NCBI GenBank assembly: GCA_963764165.1
Contig: CAVXRD010000002.1
Coordinates: 1,280,001-1,344,000, forward strand
Origin: an uncultured Verrucomicrobiae bacterium
GTDB taxonomy: Bacteria > Verrucomicrobiota > Verrucomicrobiia > Limisphaerales > Palsa-1400
Direction of reading: 5' to 3'
DNA: 64,000 bases
The position numbers were made by a program, and so were the translations under genes. Under the pieces are notes generated by a model. The model ran no database searches, had not been told where the DNA came from, and saw only the letters and a program-made list of their open reading frames with translations. Of the stretch, positions 49,999 to 59,062 are shown one piece after another (the first letter of the stretch is position 1; the number at the start of each line of letters is the position of its first letter).

Positions 49999-51423
49999 AT
50001 GAACAGAAGAGAATTTATCCGCAATTCATCCCTTGTTGCTTCCACCGTCATGCTCGGCTCCTTTTCCAGCTCCGCCAAGGCCGCCGATTCCGATTTTCCC
50101 GTCATCCGAATCCCCGAATCGAAACGCCGATTCAAGAGCGCCTCCGTCGAGGCCGCCATCGAGAAGATCAAATCTTCCATCGGCAACAAGGAATTGGCGT
50201 GGATGTTCGAGAATTGCTTCCCAAACACCCTCGACACGACCGTCGATTACGAATTGATCGATGGCCGGCCCGACACTTACGTGATCACAGGCGACATCGA
50301 CGCGATGTGGCTGCGCGACAGCTCCGCGCAAGTCTGGCCCTACCTGTCGTTGACGAAGGAAGACGAACCGTTGCGGAATTTGATCGCGGGCGTGATCAAT
50401 CGCCAGACCAAATGCGTCATCAAAGATCCCTACGCCAACGCCTTCTACAAAGACGAACACAAAACCGGCGATTGGAAAAACGACGCGACCGACATGAAGC
50501 CGGGCGTTCACGAGCGCAAATGGGAAGTTGACTCGCTTTGCTACACGATCCGCCTCGCCTACGGCTATTGGAAAACCACCGGCGACACCTCGCCCTTCGA
50601 CGATAAATGGCAGGAAGCCGTCATGCTCATTCCCAAGACCTTCCGCGAGCAGCAGCGCAAACACGGCCACGGCCCATATCATTTCCAGCGCAACACTTCC
50701 ACGCCCACCGACAGCTTGCCGGGGCGCGGCTACGGCAACCCCGTCAATCCGGTCGGCCTGATTTGCTCGATGTTCCGCCCCAGCGATGACGCCACAATTT
50801 TCCCATTCCTCATTCCGTCCAATTTCTTCGCCGTCACCAGTTTGAATCAGGCGGCGGAAATGCTGGAAAAAATCCGCCATCAACCCGCCGCCGCCGCCGA
50901 TTGCCGCGCGCTGGCCAAAGAAGTGAAAGAGGCGCTTGAAAAATACGCCGTGGCCAACCCGCTCGGCTACGGGCGGATTTATCCCTACGAAGTCGACGCC
51001 TTCGGCAATTCCTATTGCATCGACGACGGCAATCTTCCGAGCCTTCTTTCCCTGCCGTATCTCGGCGCGGTGCCGTCCGATGACCCGATGTATCTCAAAA
51101 CGCGCGAATACGTTCTGTCCCCGGCGAACCCGTATTGGTGCGTCGGCAAAGCGGCGTCCGGCCCCGGTGGCCCGCACGTTGGGATGGATATGATTTGGCC
51201 GCTCGGCATCATCACTCGCGGTTTGACCGCGACCACCGACGAAGAAATCCGGGGCTGCCTGCACACGCTGCAAAAGACCCATGCCGGAACGGGCTTCATG
51301 CATGAAGCCTTCAATAAGGACGACCCAAAAAAATTCACCCGTTCCTGGTTCGCCTGGGCCAACACCATTTTCGGCGAGCTGGTCCTGAAGACCTTCCACG
51401 AGCGCCCGCAGCTTCTGAGTTGA
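49999..51423 (+). CDS. GH125 exo-alpha-1,6-mannosidase-like glycoside hydrolase with Tat signal
   Basis: MNRREFI; FENCFPNTLDTT, ITGDIDAMWLRDS, ERKWEVDSL, FRPSDDA and FTRSWFAWANTIFGE motifs. Confidence 0.94.
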   Translation: MNRREFIRNSSLVASTVMLGSFSSSAKAADSDFPVIRIPESKRRFKSASVEAAIEKIKSSIGNKELAWMFENCFPNTLDTTVDYELIDGRPDTYVITGDIDAMWLRDSSAQVWPYLSLTKEDEPLRNLIAGVINRQTKCVIKDPYANAFYKDEHKTGDWKNDATDMKPGVHERKWEVDSLCYTIRLAYGYWKTTGDTSPFDDKWQEAVMLIPKTFREQQRKHGHGPYHFQRNTSTPTDSLPGRGYGNPVNPVGLICSMFRPSDDATIFPFLIPSNFFAVTSLNQAAEMLEKIRHQPAAAADCRALAKEVKEALEKYAVANPLGYGRIYPYEVDAFGNSYCIDDGNLPSLLSLPYLGAVPSDDPMYLKTREYVLSPANPYWCVGKAASGPGGPHVGMDMIWPLGIITRGLTATTDEEIRGCLHTLQKTHAGTGFMHEAFNKDDPKKFTRSWFAWANTIFGELVLKTFHERPQLLS

Positions 51424-51436
51424 CAGAATTATTTCT

Positions 51437-51492
51437 GGGCGGCGAGCGCCGCCCTGCCCCTATTTGGCAGGGCGGAACTGCGCGTCCGCCCA
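51437..51492. repeat. Back-to-back palindromic REP-like units after the GH125 gene
   Basis: GGGCGGCGAGCGCCGCCCTGCC followed by GGCAGGGCGGAACTGCGCGTCCGCCC. Confidence 0.6.
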
Positions 51493-51518
51493 AATTTTCC
51501 AACCCATTCTTTGTCGCG

Positions 51519-51556
51519 AAAAACCAAGGGTGCAATAGGGTGAAATAGGATGCAAT
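51519..51556. repeat. A-tract plus three 10-bp tandem units
   Basis: AAAAACCA AGGGTGCAAT AGGGTGAAAT AGGATGCAAT; same layout as 679-738 and 38507-38547, but more divergent. Confidence 0.7.
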
Positions 51557-51634
51557 GCCCTGGCCCTGGATCGGGTAGGAATGAAGGGATGGAGAGGCGC
51601 AAGTGAGAGTGCCCCGATTGGCTTTGAACATACA

Positions 51635-51813
51635 AGCGCGGCTGTGTCGAAGACCAGCCGCAGCAGCTCTCAAACAACCGACAGCGATTCTTGTTGCGAC
51701 CACCTCCGAAAAACAGATCAAAACTTCGGAACTGCAACTGGCGAGCCTGGAGATCTTTCCAACGCGCCACTCGTTTCGACGCGGCTGCGGCTGGTCTTCG
51801 ACACAGCCGCGCT
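51635..51813. repeat. REP-like doublet, family B, with perfect 30-bp inverted arms
   Basis: AGCGCGGCTGTGTCGAAGACCAGCCGCAGC (51635-51664) and its exact reverse complement (51784-51813). Confidence 0.88.
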
Positions 51814-51887
51814 CCGCCGATCGGCCTGCGCCCACCACACGCTTTCGACCATAAGCCCAGACCCGAGTTTCGTTGCCTTGCCTTCTG

Positions 51888-51950
51888 AATTTCAAAGAAC
51901 ACGCCCTGACGGGCACAGGAAGAAAATAAGCTGAAAAATCTTTTTGTCAA
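51888..51950 (-). promoter_or_regulatory. Putative sigma70 promoter followed by a boxA-like sequence, with no downstream gene
   Basis: Minus strand TTGACA (51950-51945)-16 nt-TATTTT (51928-51923), then GTTCTTTGAAATT (51900-51888). Confidence 0.45.
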
Positions 51951-52434
51951 TTATGCTTGCAGTTACACTGTTTCGTGGTATTTAGTGAGCATATGACAAC
52001 CGAATCTTCGATTGTTCAGCCGGGGCCGGAGGCGAAAACTTCGCCGGGGGCGGCGGGGCACGAGTGCTGCGGGCCGACAGGCCGCGCCCGCACCAGCAAG
52101 ATCGCGCGCCTGCCCGCCGATATCCGGGCTGAACTGAACGAGCGGCTTCTGGAGGCGGAGCCGCCTGCCGCCATTCTGGAATGGCTCAACGGCTTGCCGG
52201 AAGTGCAGCGCGTGCTAGCGCAATCTTTTGACTCCCAGCCCATCACGGAAGTCAACCTCTCGCGCTGGCGCCAGGGAGGCTACGCCGGGTGGCTGGAGCA
52301 GCGAAACACGCAGGAGGCGGTGGAAGCCGTGGCAACGGCCGCCGCCGGGGTGGAAGGTCCGGCGGCGGAAAACCTCAACCGGCATCTGGCGGTCGTGCTG
52401 AGCGCGCGGCTGTTCGTGGAGATGCAGCGCTGCG

Positions 52435-53734
52435 CACTCGTGTCCAGTTAAGGCGTTGCCAACGCGCCCAAAGTCGTTGATTATCGCAGGGTTGGGGAAT
52501 TTGGGGTTTGTTCTCGATATCCAGTTTGGAAGCGGGTTTGCTGGGCAAATGCCTTCCCACCAAAACGTGTTTTCCCAATTAACCGATCTCCTTTATCCGT
52601 CCGAATTTCGGCGTTGCGCTGAGGCCTTTCCCATGAAGCGCTCCTCGCGCTCGTTCAGCGCCTACGACCATTTCCTGGCTCTGTGTTTCGGACAATTGAC
52701 TTACCGTGAGAGTCTGCGCGACATTGTTGCCTGCCTGCAGGCCCGTCCACGCATGCAGTATCATTTGGGCTTTCGGGGAAGGATCACACGGACCAATCTG
52801 GCTTACTCCAACGAAAACCGGGATTGGCGGGTCTTTGCCGGAGTGGCCGAAGTGCTGATGCGGCGCGCCCGCGCGCTTTACCAGCCTGAAAACGCAGACC
52901 CGGATTTTCCCGCCGTCGCGCTGGCTTTGGACAGCTCCATCATTCATCTGAGCATCAAAATCTTTCCTTGGGCCTATTGGGGACGGTCCCGCGCCGGCGC
53001 GATGAAGCTCCACACGATGCTGTCCTTCCGGGGGGACCTGCCGGTGTGGGCGGCGCTCACGGAAGCCTCTGTTCCCGACGTGAAAATGCTCGACCAGATT
53101 CCCTTGGAGCGCGGCGCCTTCCATGTGATGGACCGGGCCTATTTGGATTTCGCCAGGCTGATGAATGTGGAAACCGCCGGGGCCAAATTCGTCGTGCGCA
53201 ACAAGCGGCAGATCAAATTCAGGGTGAAGGCATCTCGCGTCGTTGACAAGGATGGCGGTTTGCGGTGCGATCAAACCATTCGCTTGACTGGCGAAGACTC
53301 CAAAGGCCGGTATCCGGTTCCGCTCAGGCGAGTGGTTTTTCGGGACGCGCTGGAAGAGCGCACGCTGGTGTTTCTGACCAATGATTTCGAACTGCCTCCT
53401 CTGACCATTTGTGAATTATACAAAAAGCGATGGAGGGTGGAGCTGTTCTTCAAATGGATCAAGCAGCACCTGCGGATCCGCCGCTTCATCGGCCATTCCC
53501 GCAACGCCATTCAATGCCAGATATGGTGCGCCATTTGCACTTACCTCTTGGTGGCCATCGCCAAAAAGCATTGGAAATTGGAGAAAAGTCTGTATGAAAT
53601 CCTGCAAATTTTCAGCGTCAGCGCGTTTGAGCAAACCCCTCTGGGTGAGCTGCTTGCAACAAACGCCATTTCCGAAAACGATTCGGAAAGTCGTAACACA
53701 TTGCCTTTGTTTCACTTATAACTGGACACGCATG
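52435..53734 (+). mobile_element. IS4-family insertion sequence, 1300 bp
   Basis: Terminal inverted repeats CACTCGTGTCCAGTTA and TAACTGGACACGCATG; 9-bp target duplication AGCGCTGCG at 52426-52434 and 53735-53743. Confidence 0.95.
52549..53721 (+). CDS. IS4-family DDE transposase
   Basis: FGQLTYRESLRDI N-terminal block, ALDSS, KLHT, MDRAY and the YKKRWRVELFFKWIKQ (YREK) motif. Confidence 0.95.
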   Translation: MPSHQNVFSQLTDLLYPSEFRRCAEAFPMKRSSRSFSAYDHFLALCFGQLTYRESLRDIVACLQARPRMQYHLGFRGRITRTNLAYSNENRDWRVFAGVAEVLMRRARALYQPENADPDFPAVALALDSSIIHLSIKIFPWAYWGRSRAGAMKLHTMLSFRGDLPVWAALTEASVPDVKMLDQIPLERGAFHVMDRAYLDFARLMNVETAGAKFVVRNKRQIKFRVKASRVVDKDGGLRCDQTIRLTGEDSKGRYPVPLRRVVFRDALEERTLVFLTNDFELPPLTICELYKKRWRVELFFKWIKQHLRIRRFIGHSRNAIQCQIWCAICTYLLVAIAKKHWKLEKSLYEILQIFSVSAFEQTPLGELLATNAISENDSESRNTLPLFHL

Positions 53735-54354
53735 AGCGCTGCGGAGCCATGCCCGAAGGGCCGGACAAAACGGCGTCGCTGCACCAATTGGTGATGTCCT
53801 ACACCCTGCTGCGCCGGGCGGAGTATTACGGCGAGAAGGTGCGGCTCGACCGGCAGAAGCTGAAGCTGCTGGAGGAGCAGATGCGGCAAGAGGCGGAAAA
53901 AAACCGCCAGCGCTCGCCCGAGGAGCACGAGGACCGCCTCAATAAAATCCTGGGCACAGGCCGCTTCGCCGCCAACTGGAACAACGCCCTGAGACGATGG
54001 GAAGGGCCGGGAGCGGCCATGCGGTATGAGGAGGAGGAAGTCACGCTCCAGGTGCGGACGGAAATGAAGCGGCGCTATCCGAATGGTTTCCCCGAAGGCT
54101 ACCGCCCTCCCTACGGCGACCCGCTGCCGGTTTACCCTGGGCCTGTTGACACCGCAAAGAGTGTCAATCATTCAGAGCAGAAGCCCAGTGTTCCAGCGCG
54201 CAGCGATAACGATAGCCCGCACAACAATTCAGTTGGGAACGAGGAACGTGCATCCGCCCCAAGGCAACAGACAGAACAGGAGCCAGCACGAGTGGATCTT
54301 GGGCGACAGCCGACAGATGAACACATTGTCACGATGACGCCTGCGCTTGGGGGC

Positions 54355-54491
54355 GGGCAGACGCATCTAAACCGAATCCCGGAGGGATGTCAGAGTGTCG
54401 CCGGTGATTGAGCGCGGCGACACCACCGGATACAATCTCGGATGCCTCCGGCATCACGGACGGAACCGCCGAGGTTTAGATGCGTCTTCCC
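54355..54491. repeat. Inverted pair of the GGGCAGACGCATCTAA repeat overlapping the 3' end of the DUF3486-like gene
   Basis: GGGCAGACGCATCTAA (54355-54370) and TTAGATGCGTCTTCCC (54476-54491). Confidence 0.75.
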
Positions 54492-54529
54492 TGGGCGCAT
54501 GGAACGGGCGCGGGCGCAAATCATGTTTT

Positions 54530-54648
54530 GGTAGGGACGCCTCGCCGAGGCGTCCGGGGTGAGGCATTATTCACGAGCGACCCTTTGCATATCCACGCGC
54601 AACCGGACGCCTCGGGCGGAAGTTCCGCTTCCCAGAGGCGTCCCTACC
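54530..54648. repeat. REP-like doublet, family A
   Basis: GGTAGGGACGCCTCGCCGAGGCGTCC ... GGACGCCTC(insert)GAGGCGTCCCTACC. Confidence 0.85.
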
Positions 54649-54845
54649 TTTCAGAGAAAGTGTCAAAACTTGATTTTCGCCCGGCGGGCGCAGCTTTTTA
54701 GGGCCCCGGCGCGAGCGGCGAGAATGGCAGCGGATAAAGACTAATTCCCATTTCCGAATACAAAAGTGTCAAAAGTGAGGACGCTGGTAACGCCATTTAT
54801 CAACAAAAGGAACCAGATGAGAAAGCAAAAACTGTCATTTTTCTA

Positions 54846-54910
54846 GGACTGACCCTTTTTCTGACCCTTTTTCGACCCTTTTTTTTTCCGGGACTGACCC
54901 TTTTTTTTCC
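54846..54910. repeat. Four tandem GACCC-Tn units
   Basis: GGACTGACCCTTTTT CTGACCCTTTTT CGACCCT(n)CC GGGACTGACCCT(n)CC. Confidence 0.75.
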
Positions 54911-54925
54911 GGCGTTCGAAGCCCA

Positions 54926-55196
54926 CAACCCTGAAAGGGTTGAATCAGTCCCACAGATACCGTTCGTCAAACGCGATTTCGTGACGCCGCAACAATGCTC
55001 TGAATTCATCCGGGAACGAAATCTTCCGAAAACTCCGCCAACGTATCGATGCAACTCCTGGCGCAACGCGGAGTCGCGCAGGAAGGGGCGGCGGTCCTTG
55101 GTGGAAAACACCAAGTGAACCAAAATCTTGGCCAGCGATTGCGGCATGGCGTCAGGATGCGCACAGGGCGGGTTTGATTCAACCCTTTCAGGGTTG
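54926..55196 (-). mobile_element. Non-autonomous remnant: IS200-like tnpA fragment between perfect 22-bp inverted repeats
   Basis: CAACCCTGAAAGGGTTGAATCA (54926-54947) and its exact reverse complement (55175-55196); each arm is itself a hairpin. Confidence 0.75.
54945..55147 (-). pseudogene. IS200/IS605-type (Y1 HUH) transposase with an internal deletion and frameshift
   Basis: N-terminus MPQSLAKILVHLVFSTKDRRPFL..ELHRYVGGV is joined out of frame to C-terminus RKISFPDEFRALLRRHEIAFDERYLWD*. The HUH motif and catalytic Tyr helix are absent. Confidence 0.85.
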
Positions 55197-55925
55197 GCAT
55201 TGTTATTGCCAATTACCCAGGGTAGCTCGTTGCCCCCGCCTTCGCTTCGCTACGGCGCGGCAAGTCGCAACCGCTGGGCTGAATGATCCAATCCCGTTGG
55301 GATTGGCGAGAAAAGGCAGCGGACACAACACGGGCCACCGTCCTCCAGTTTTAGGTCAAAGTTTCATCGTTTTGGCCCGTTCATTCATCGTGCATGCAAT
55401 CGATTTCATCAACGATGTCAGCCGCTTTTGTTCGATCACTGTGGCTGTGACTGATTTTCGCAAAGCGAACGATTCCTTTTTGATCCAAAATGAAAGTGGA
55501 CGGGTAGGACGTTTCCTTTGGTGCGTCCCAGCGCAAACCGTAGGCGTTAACCATGCTAAACGCAGGATCGATGACGAAGGTGAAATCCTTGGGCCAATCC
55601 TTGTTGCTGAGGAATTCTTTGGCGTGCGCTATCAGGTCGTCCGCCGGCCCGGGGTAAACCATCACGACTCGCGCATGCCTGGCCGCGAATTCGGATGCCG
55701 ATTTGATGTAGTCATGGACCTGTAGTGTGCAGAGAGGGCACTGGCAGCCGGGCCATCCGCGCAAGACAATGAGAACAGTTTTGCCTTTGGATGTCAGGTC
55801 ACTCAAGCGCACACTCTGTTGGTCCAGCGTGTTGAGCGTGAAGTCTGGCGCTTTGTCCCCCACTTCCGGAGGCGTGGCAGCCATTGAAGTCATGGGCAAT
55901 AAGCAAGCCAGGAGGAAGATGCTTA

Positions 55926-57026
55926 TTGATCTCTGTATAATATAGTGACAATATCACCAAAGCTCGGCTTGCTTCCAGAAGGCAGTGACCAATTTGGGTC
56001 TGCGCCGCATCCGGCTCAGGGCCTTGCGCCCGCAATGACTCAACTTCGCCAGGTCGGCCGCGCAAAGATTGGGCAACTCGTGCTGCTTGAAGTAACCCCA
56101 GACATACTCGGTGGGATTGAGTTCGGGCGCATAGGCAGGCAGTCGTTCCACCCAGATTTTGCCTTTCAGTTGATCCACATAGTCCCGCACCAGCCGGCTG
56201 CGGTGGATGGGACCACCGTCCCAAATGACCAGAAGCTTGCCCGGGATGTGGCGTTGCAGATGTTTCAAGAATTCGATCACCTGCGGGCCTTTGATGGTGC
56301 CGGGGTAAAGCCGGAAGTAAAAGTTCCAGACCGTCACCCCGGCGATGATCGAAAGCTTTTTCCAGTTGAAGTCGAACTGCAATACCGGGGTCTGGCCGCG
56401 CGGCGCCCAAGTGCGAACCCGGTGCGGCTTCTGGCTCAATCCGCTCTCGTCGATGAAAACCACGATTCGCCTCTCGCGGAGGGCTTTTTTTTAAGCTGCG
56501 GCCAGCGCACTTTGCGCCAGCGGGTGATCTCCCGCTCATGGCGCTGCCGAGCCTGGGTGGTGGGCCGCTGGCAGCTCCAACCCAGCTTTTGCAGAAGCCG
56601 GCAAACATGGTCCTCGTGGTATTGGACGCCCGTCAACCGTTGGATAACGGCGGCCACCCGCCGGGTGGTCCAAAGCTGGGTGCCAAAGTCATGGGCTTCG
56701 GGTCCCTGTTTGAGGGCCCGTTCCAACTGGCGGAAGTTCTCGTCGGTCAGGCGGGGCTTGCGCCCGGCTCGCCCAGCCTTTTTGAGAGAGGGCGCGCCAT
56801 GGTCCTGCCAAGCCTTATGCCAGCGGCTGACCGATTGCCGGTGGACGCCAACTTGGCGGGCGACCTCGGCCTGGCTCAAGCCTCGGTCGAAAAGTTTGAC
56901 GGCTTTCATGCGCCGCCGTTCCAGTTGTGCAAACTGCGCCAAATCGCGTTTTACGCCTTTAGGATTTCCCATACCCAAAAATTAGCATAAAAACAATAAT
57001 GTGTCACTATATTATGCAGAGATCAA
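55926..57026 (-). mobile_element. IS630-family insertion sequence, 1101 bp
   Basis: Inverted repeats TTGATCTCTGTATAATATAGTGACA and TGTCACTATATTATGCAGAGATCAA (one mismatch); flanked by TA at 55924-55925 and 57027-57028. Confidence 0.95.
55954..56972 (-). CDS. IS630 transposase encoded in two frames (HTH ORF 56436-56972 plus DDE ORF), joined by a probable -1 frameshift
   Basis: An A8G run at 56484-56492 (minus strand) joins ..WPQLKKK to ALRERRIVVFIDESG; WDG and LPAYAPELNPTEYVW motifs are present. Confidence 0.9.
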
Positions 57027-57188
57027 TAGGTGATGATGGAACGAGTTTTTCATAGTATTTTTACTTTAGTTATGTTTTATGGTGAGGAATGACATCGATT
57101 GGCGAAAACCTCTAAAAGCGGGAGCGGTTCTTTCAGGACAACACCATTCAGGTGTGACTCATATATGAGGAACTGCCGCTTTTCAGGC

Positions 57189-58115
57189 CTAATTTATGAA
57201 ACGGTGAATTGCCTCGCTGGCGTTATCTTGAAATGAAGCATTTCTCAAATCAGCAAAGAAGGCGCTCTGGTCCACCATCTCCCCTGATAACTTGCCCTGC
57301 TTGCTGGCATAAAAGACGCCGCTTTTATACCGCTCATCCGAAATGGCATCTACAAAGCGTTTTGCACCCACATCCAGCGTATGCACCATTTCGCCCATCA
57401 ACGGGAATACAACAGGCATCATCACATACTTCAACATAAACCGCATTGGCGGAGGAAGGCTCTCCGGCGCCTGAGTTCCCTTTGTATTTCCCGGGCTCAC
57501 TACAATAAACTTGAGCATGGGATATTTTCTTGCCATTGATAATGTCCACATGGTTTCTGCATACTTGACATATGCGTATGCCTGCAATGCATTGAACTTC
57601 TTGCCAAAATATGATCCGTCAAGAACAGCAGCAAACTCATCCACTGAAGAAGTCCTCATTGAAACTGGTTTTACTCCGAGCATCTTTACGCCTGGAACAG
57701 CTTCGGCGCTGACTGATAGAACTGTTTTTCTTAAATTGTCCCGTTTAAGCAATTCCTCCACTAAAATGACATGGCCTAAAATATTCGTGGCTGCTAATTG
57801 ATTCATGCCGGAAGGCGTCAGTTTCGCCGCCGTTTTCCCAATGACTCCACCTGCATTTAAAATTGCCGCATCAATAGGCTCTTTTATTTTTTCCACTGCT
57901 TTTCTTACAGAATTTGCATCCGTAACGTCCCCTATGATAATTTCAAAAATCTTTTTCCCGGTTTTTTCCTCAAGGTCTTTTTTTGCTGCCTCGGCTCTCG
58001 CTTGGTTTCTGCAAAAAAGAATCACCTTTTTTGTTTCTTGTTTCAAAGCCAACTGCCGGGCCGTCTCTTTACCAAGCCCGGCATTGGCTCCGGTTATTAA
58101 GATGCTTGCGTTCAT
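57189..58115 (-). CDS. Short-chain dehydrogenase/reductase
   Basis: ITGANAGLG, LNAG, YAYVK (YxxxK) and SPGNT motifs; visibly AT-rich. Confidence 0.92.
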   Translation of the reverse strand: MNASILITGANAGLGKETARQLALKQETKKVILFCRNQARAEAAKKDLEEKTGKKIFEIIIGDVTDANSVRKAVEKIKEPIDAAILNAGGVIGKTAAKLTPSGMNQLAATNILGHVILVEELLKRDNLRKTVLSVSAEAVPGVKMLGVKPVSMRTSSVDEFAAVLDGSYFGKKFNALQAYAYVKYAETMWTLSMARKYPMLKFIVVSPGNTKGTQAPESLPPPMRFMLKYVMMPVVFPLMGEMVHTLDVGAKRFVDAISDERYKSGVFYASKQGKLSGEMVDQSAFFADLRNASFQDNASEAIHRFIN

Positions 58116-58285
58116 TTTGTATCCTTTTTATAGCTGCGACCAACCGCCATCGACCGGAATTGAATGCGTTCATTTCAATTGTTTCCTTTTAATTTATTTT
58201 GTAGCGGGCGCAACAATATACCGGGAGAACAGAGCTCGTCAAACAATTCTTTTGCGCTCGATACAAAATCCGGTACATTGGTGGT

Positions 58286-58873
58286 ATGGCACGAACATTG
58301 GAATTTGATTACCCAAAGGCCCTGGAGAAGGCCACGCGCCTCTTCTGGAAATTGGGTTACGCCGGAACATCCTTGCGTCCCCTGTTGAAAGCCATGGGCA
58401 TCGGGGAAGGCTCTTTTTACAACAAGCTCAAGAGCATGGATTCCGCTTATTTGGAATGCCTCAAACACTACAACGCAACCGTCGGACAACGACGCGGAAA
58501 GGCCCTTTTTTCGGCGCCGACGGGACGAGAAGGAGTGCGGGCGCTCTTCAAGGAGATACTCAACTGTTTGGACAATCCCAGTGCGCCGTCGAAACTTTGT
58601 CTCATGGCAGCCAGCGTGACTGGCGAAGTCCTGGCGGAACCCAGCTTAAGAAAGTTCATTCAGCAAGAAATATCAAAGATGTCCGAAGCCATGATTGCGC
58701 GGTTGAAAGCTGACCAGCAAGCGGGGCTGCTGCCTCCCGACTTTGATCCAGCAACCGTCGTCCCGATCATCATAACTTACATACAAGGACAGTGGCGAAT
58801 GGCTCTGCTCTCATACGACCGCCCCCAATTTGAAAAGCAGATCGACGTTTTTCTGACCGGCTTGGGACTCTGA
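58286..58873 (+). CDS. TetR/AcrR family transcriptional regulator
   Basis: MARTLEFD..ALEKATRLFWKLGYAGTSL..AMGIGEGSFYN HTH; divergent from the SDR gene. Confidence 0.92.
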   Translation: MARTLEFDYPKALEKATRLFWKLGYAGTSLRPLLKAMGIGEGSFYNKLKSMDSAYLECLKHYNATVGQRRGKALFSAPTGREGVRALFKEILNCLDNPSAPSKLCLMAASVTGEVLAEPSLRKFIQQEISKMSEAMIARLKADQQAGLLPPDFDPATVVPIIITYIQGQWRMALLSYDRPQFEKQIDVFLTGLGL

Positions 58874-59030
58874 TGGGTGACCCGTTTATGACGTTTCTTG
58901 CCCAGTGGCAGCACGAAAATTCCCAAGTCCGCGATGTCGCAACATTAATGGCAGAAAAAAAGTAAAAAGGGTCCTCAATTTTTGCACTAAATGAGACCGG
59001 CTGGAATTTCGGCGAATCCAAGATGACTTT

Positions 59031-59062
59031 CCGCCTTCGCCAAGGCTATGGCGCGACAAGTC
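59031..59062. repeat. Short dispersed hairpin repeat
   Basis: CCGCCTTCGCCAAGGCTATGGCGCGACAAGTC resembles CCGCCTTCGCTTCGCTACGGCGCGGCAAGTC at 55236-55266. Confidence 0.6.

Larger units (their letters stand above)
51993..54411 (+). pseudogene. DUF3486-like (Mu gp27-like N-terminus) hypothetical gene interrupted by an IS4-family element
   Basis: N-terminal ARTSKIARLPADIRAELNERL..ILEWLN..NLSRWRQGGY. Removing 52435-53743 fuses ..EMQRC-GAMPEGPDK.. in frame, giving 369 aa. The family assignment is from motif recall. Confidence 0.8.
55381..57053 (-). pseudogene. Exported redoxin/AhpC-TSA family protein interrupted in its signal peptide by IS630
   Basis: Removing the IS and one TA restores MKNSFHHHLSIFLLACLLPMTSMAATPPEVGDKAPDFTL..RGWPGCQCPLC..PSTFILD (189 aa). 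Confidence 0.88.

Noticed and set aside
51888..51900. rRNA or tRNA gene downstream of the boxA-like sequence
   Set aside because: No rRNA-like conserved sequence or tRNA cloverleaf was recognised there or elsewhere in the window.
51429..51950. 173-aa minus-strand ORF and overlapping ORFs in this gap
   Set aside because: They translate through REP arms and tandem repeats and have no protein-like motifs; treated as non-coding.
51993..54411. Mu-like prophage suggested by the DUF3486-like gene
   Set aside because: No terminase large subunit, portal, capsid, tail or Mu transposase genes are nearby.
55921..55952. Outward-facing promoter in the IS630 end driving the truncated redoxin
   Set aside because: TTGTCA is present on the minus strand, but the hexamer at 17-nt spacing (CAATAA) is a poor -10.
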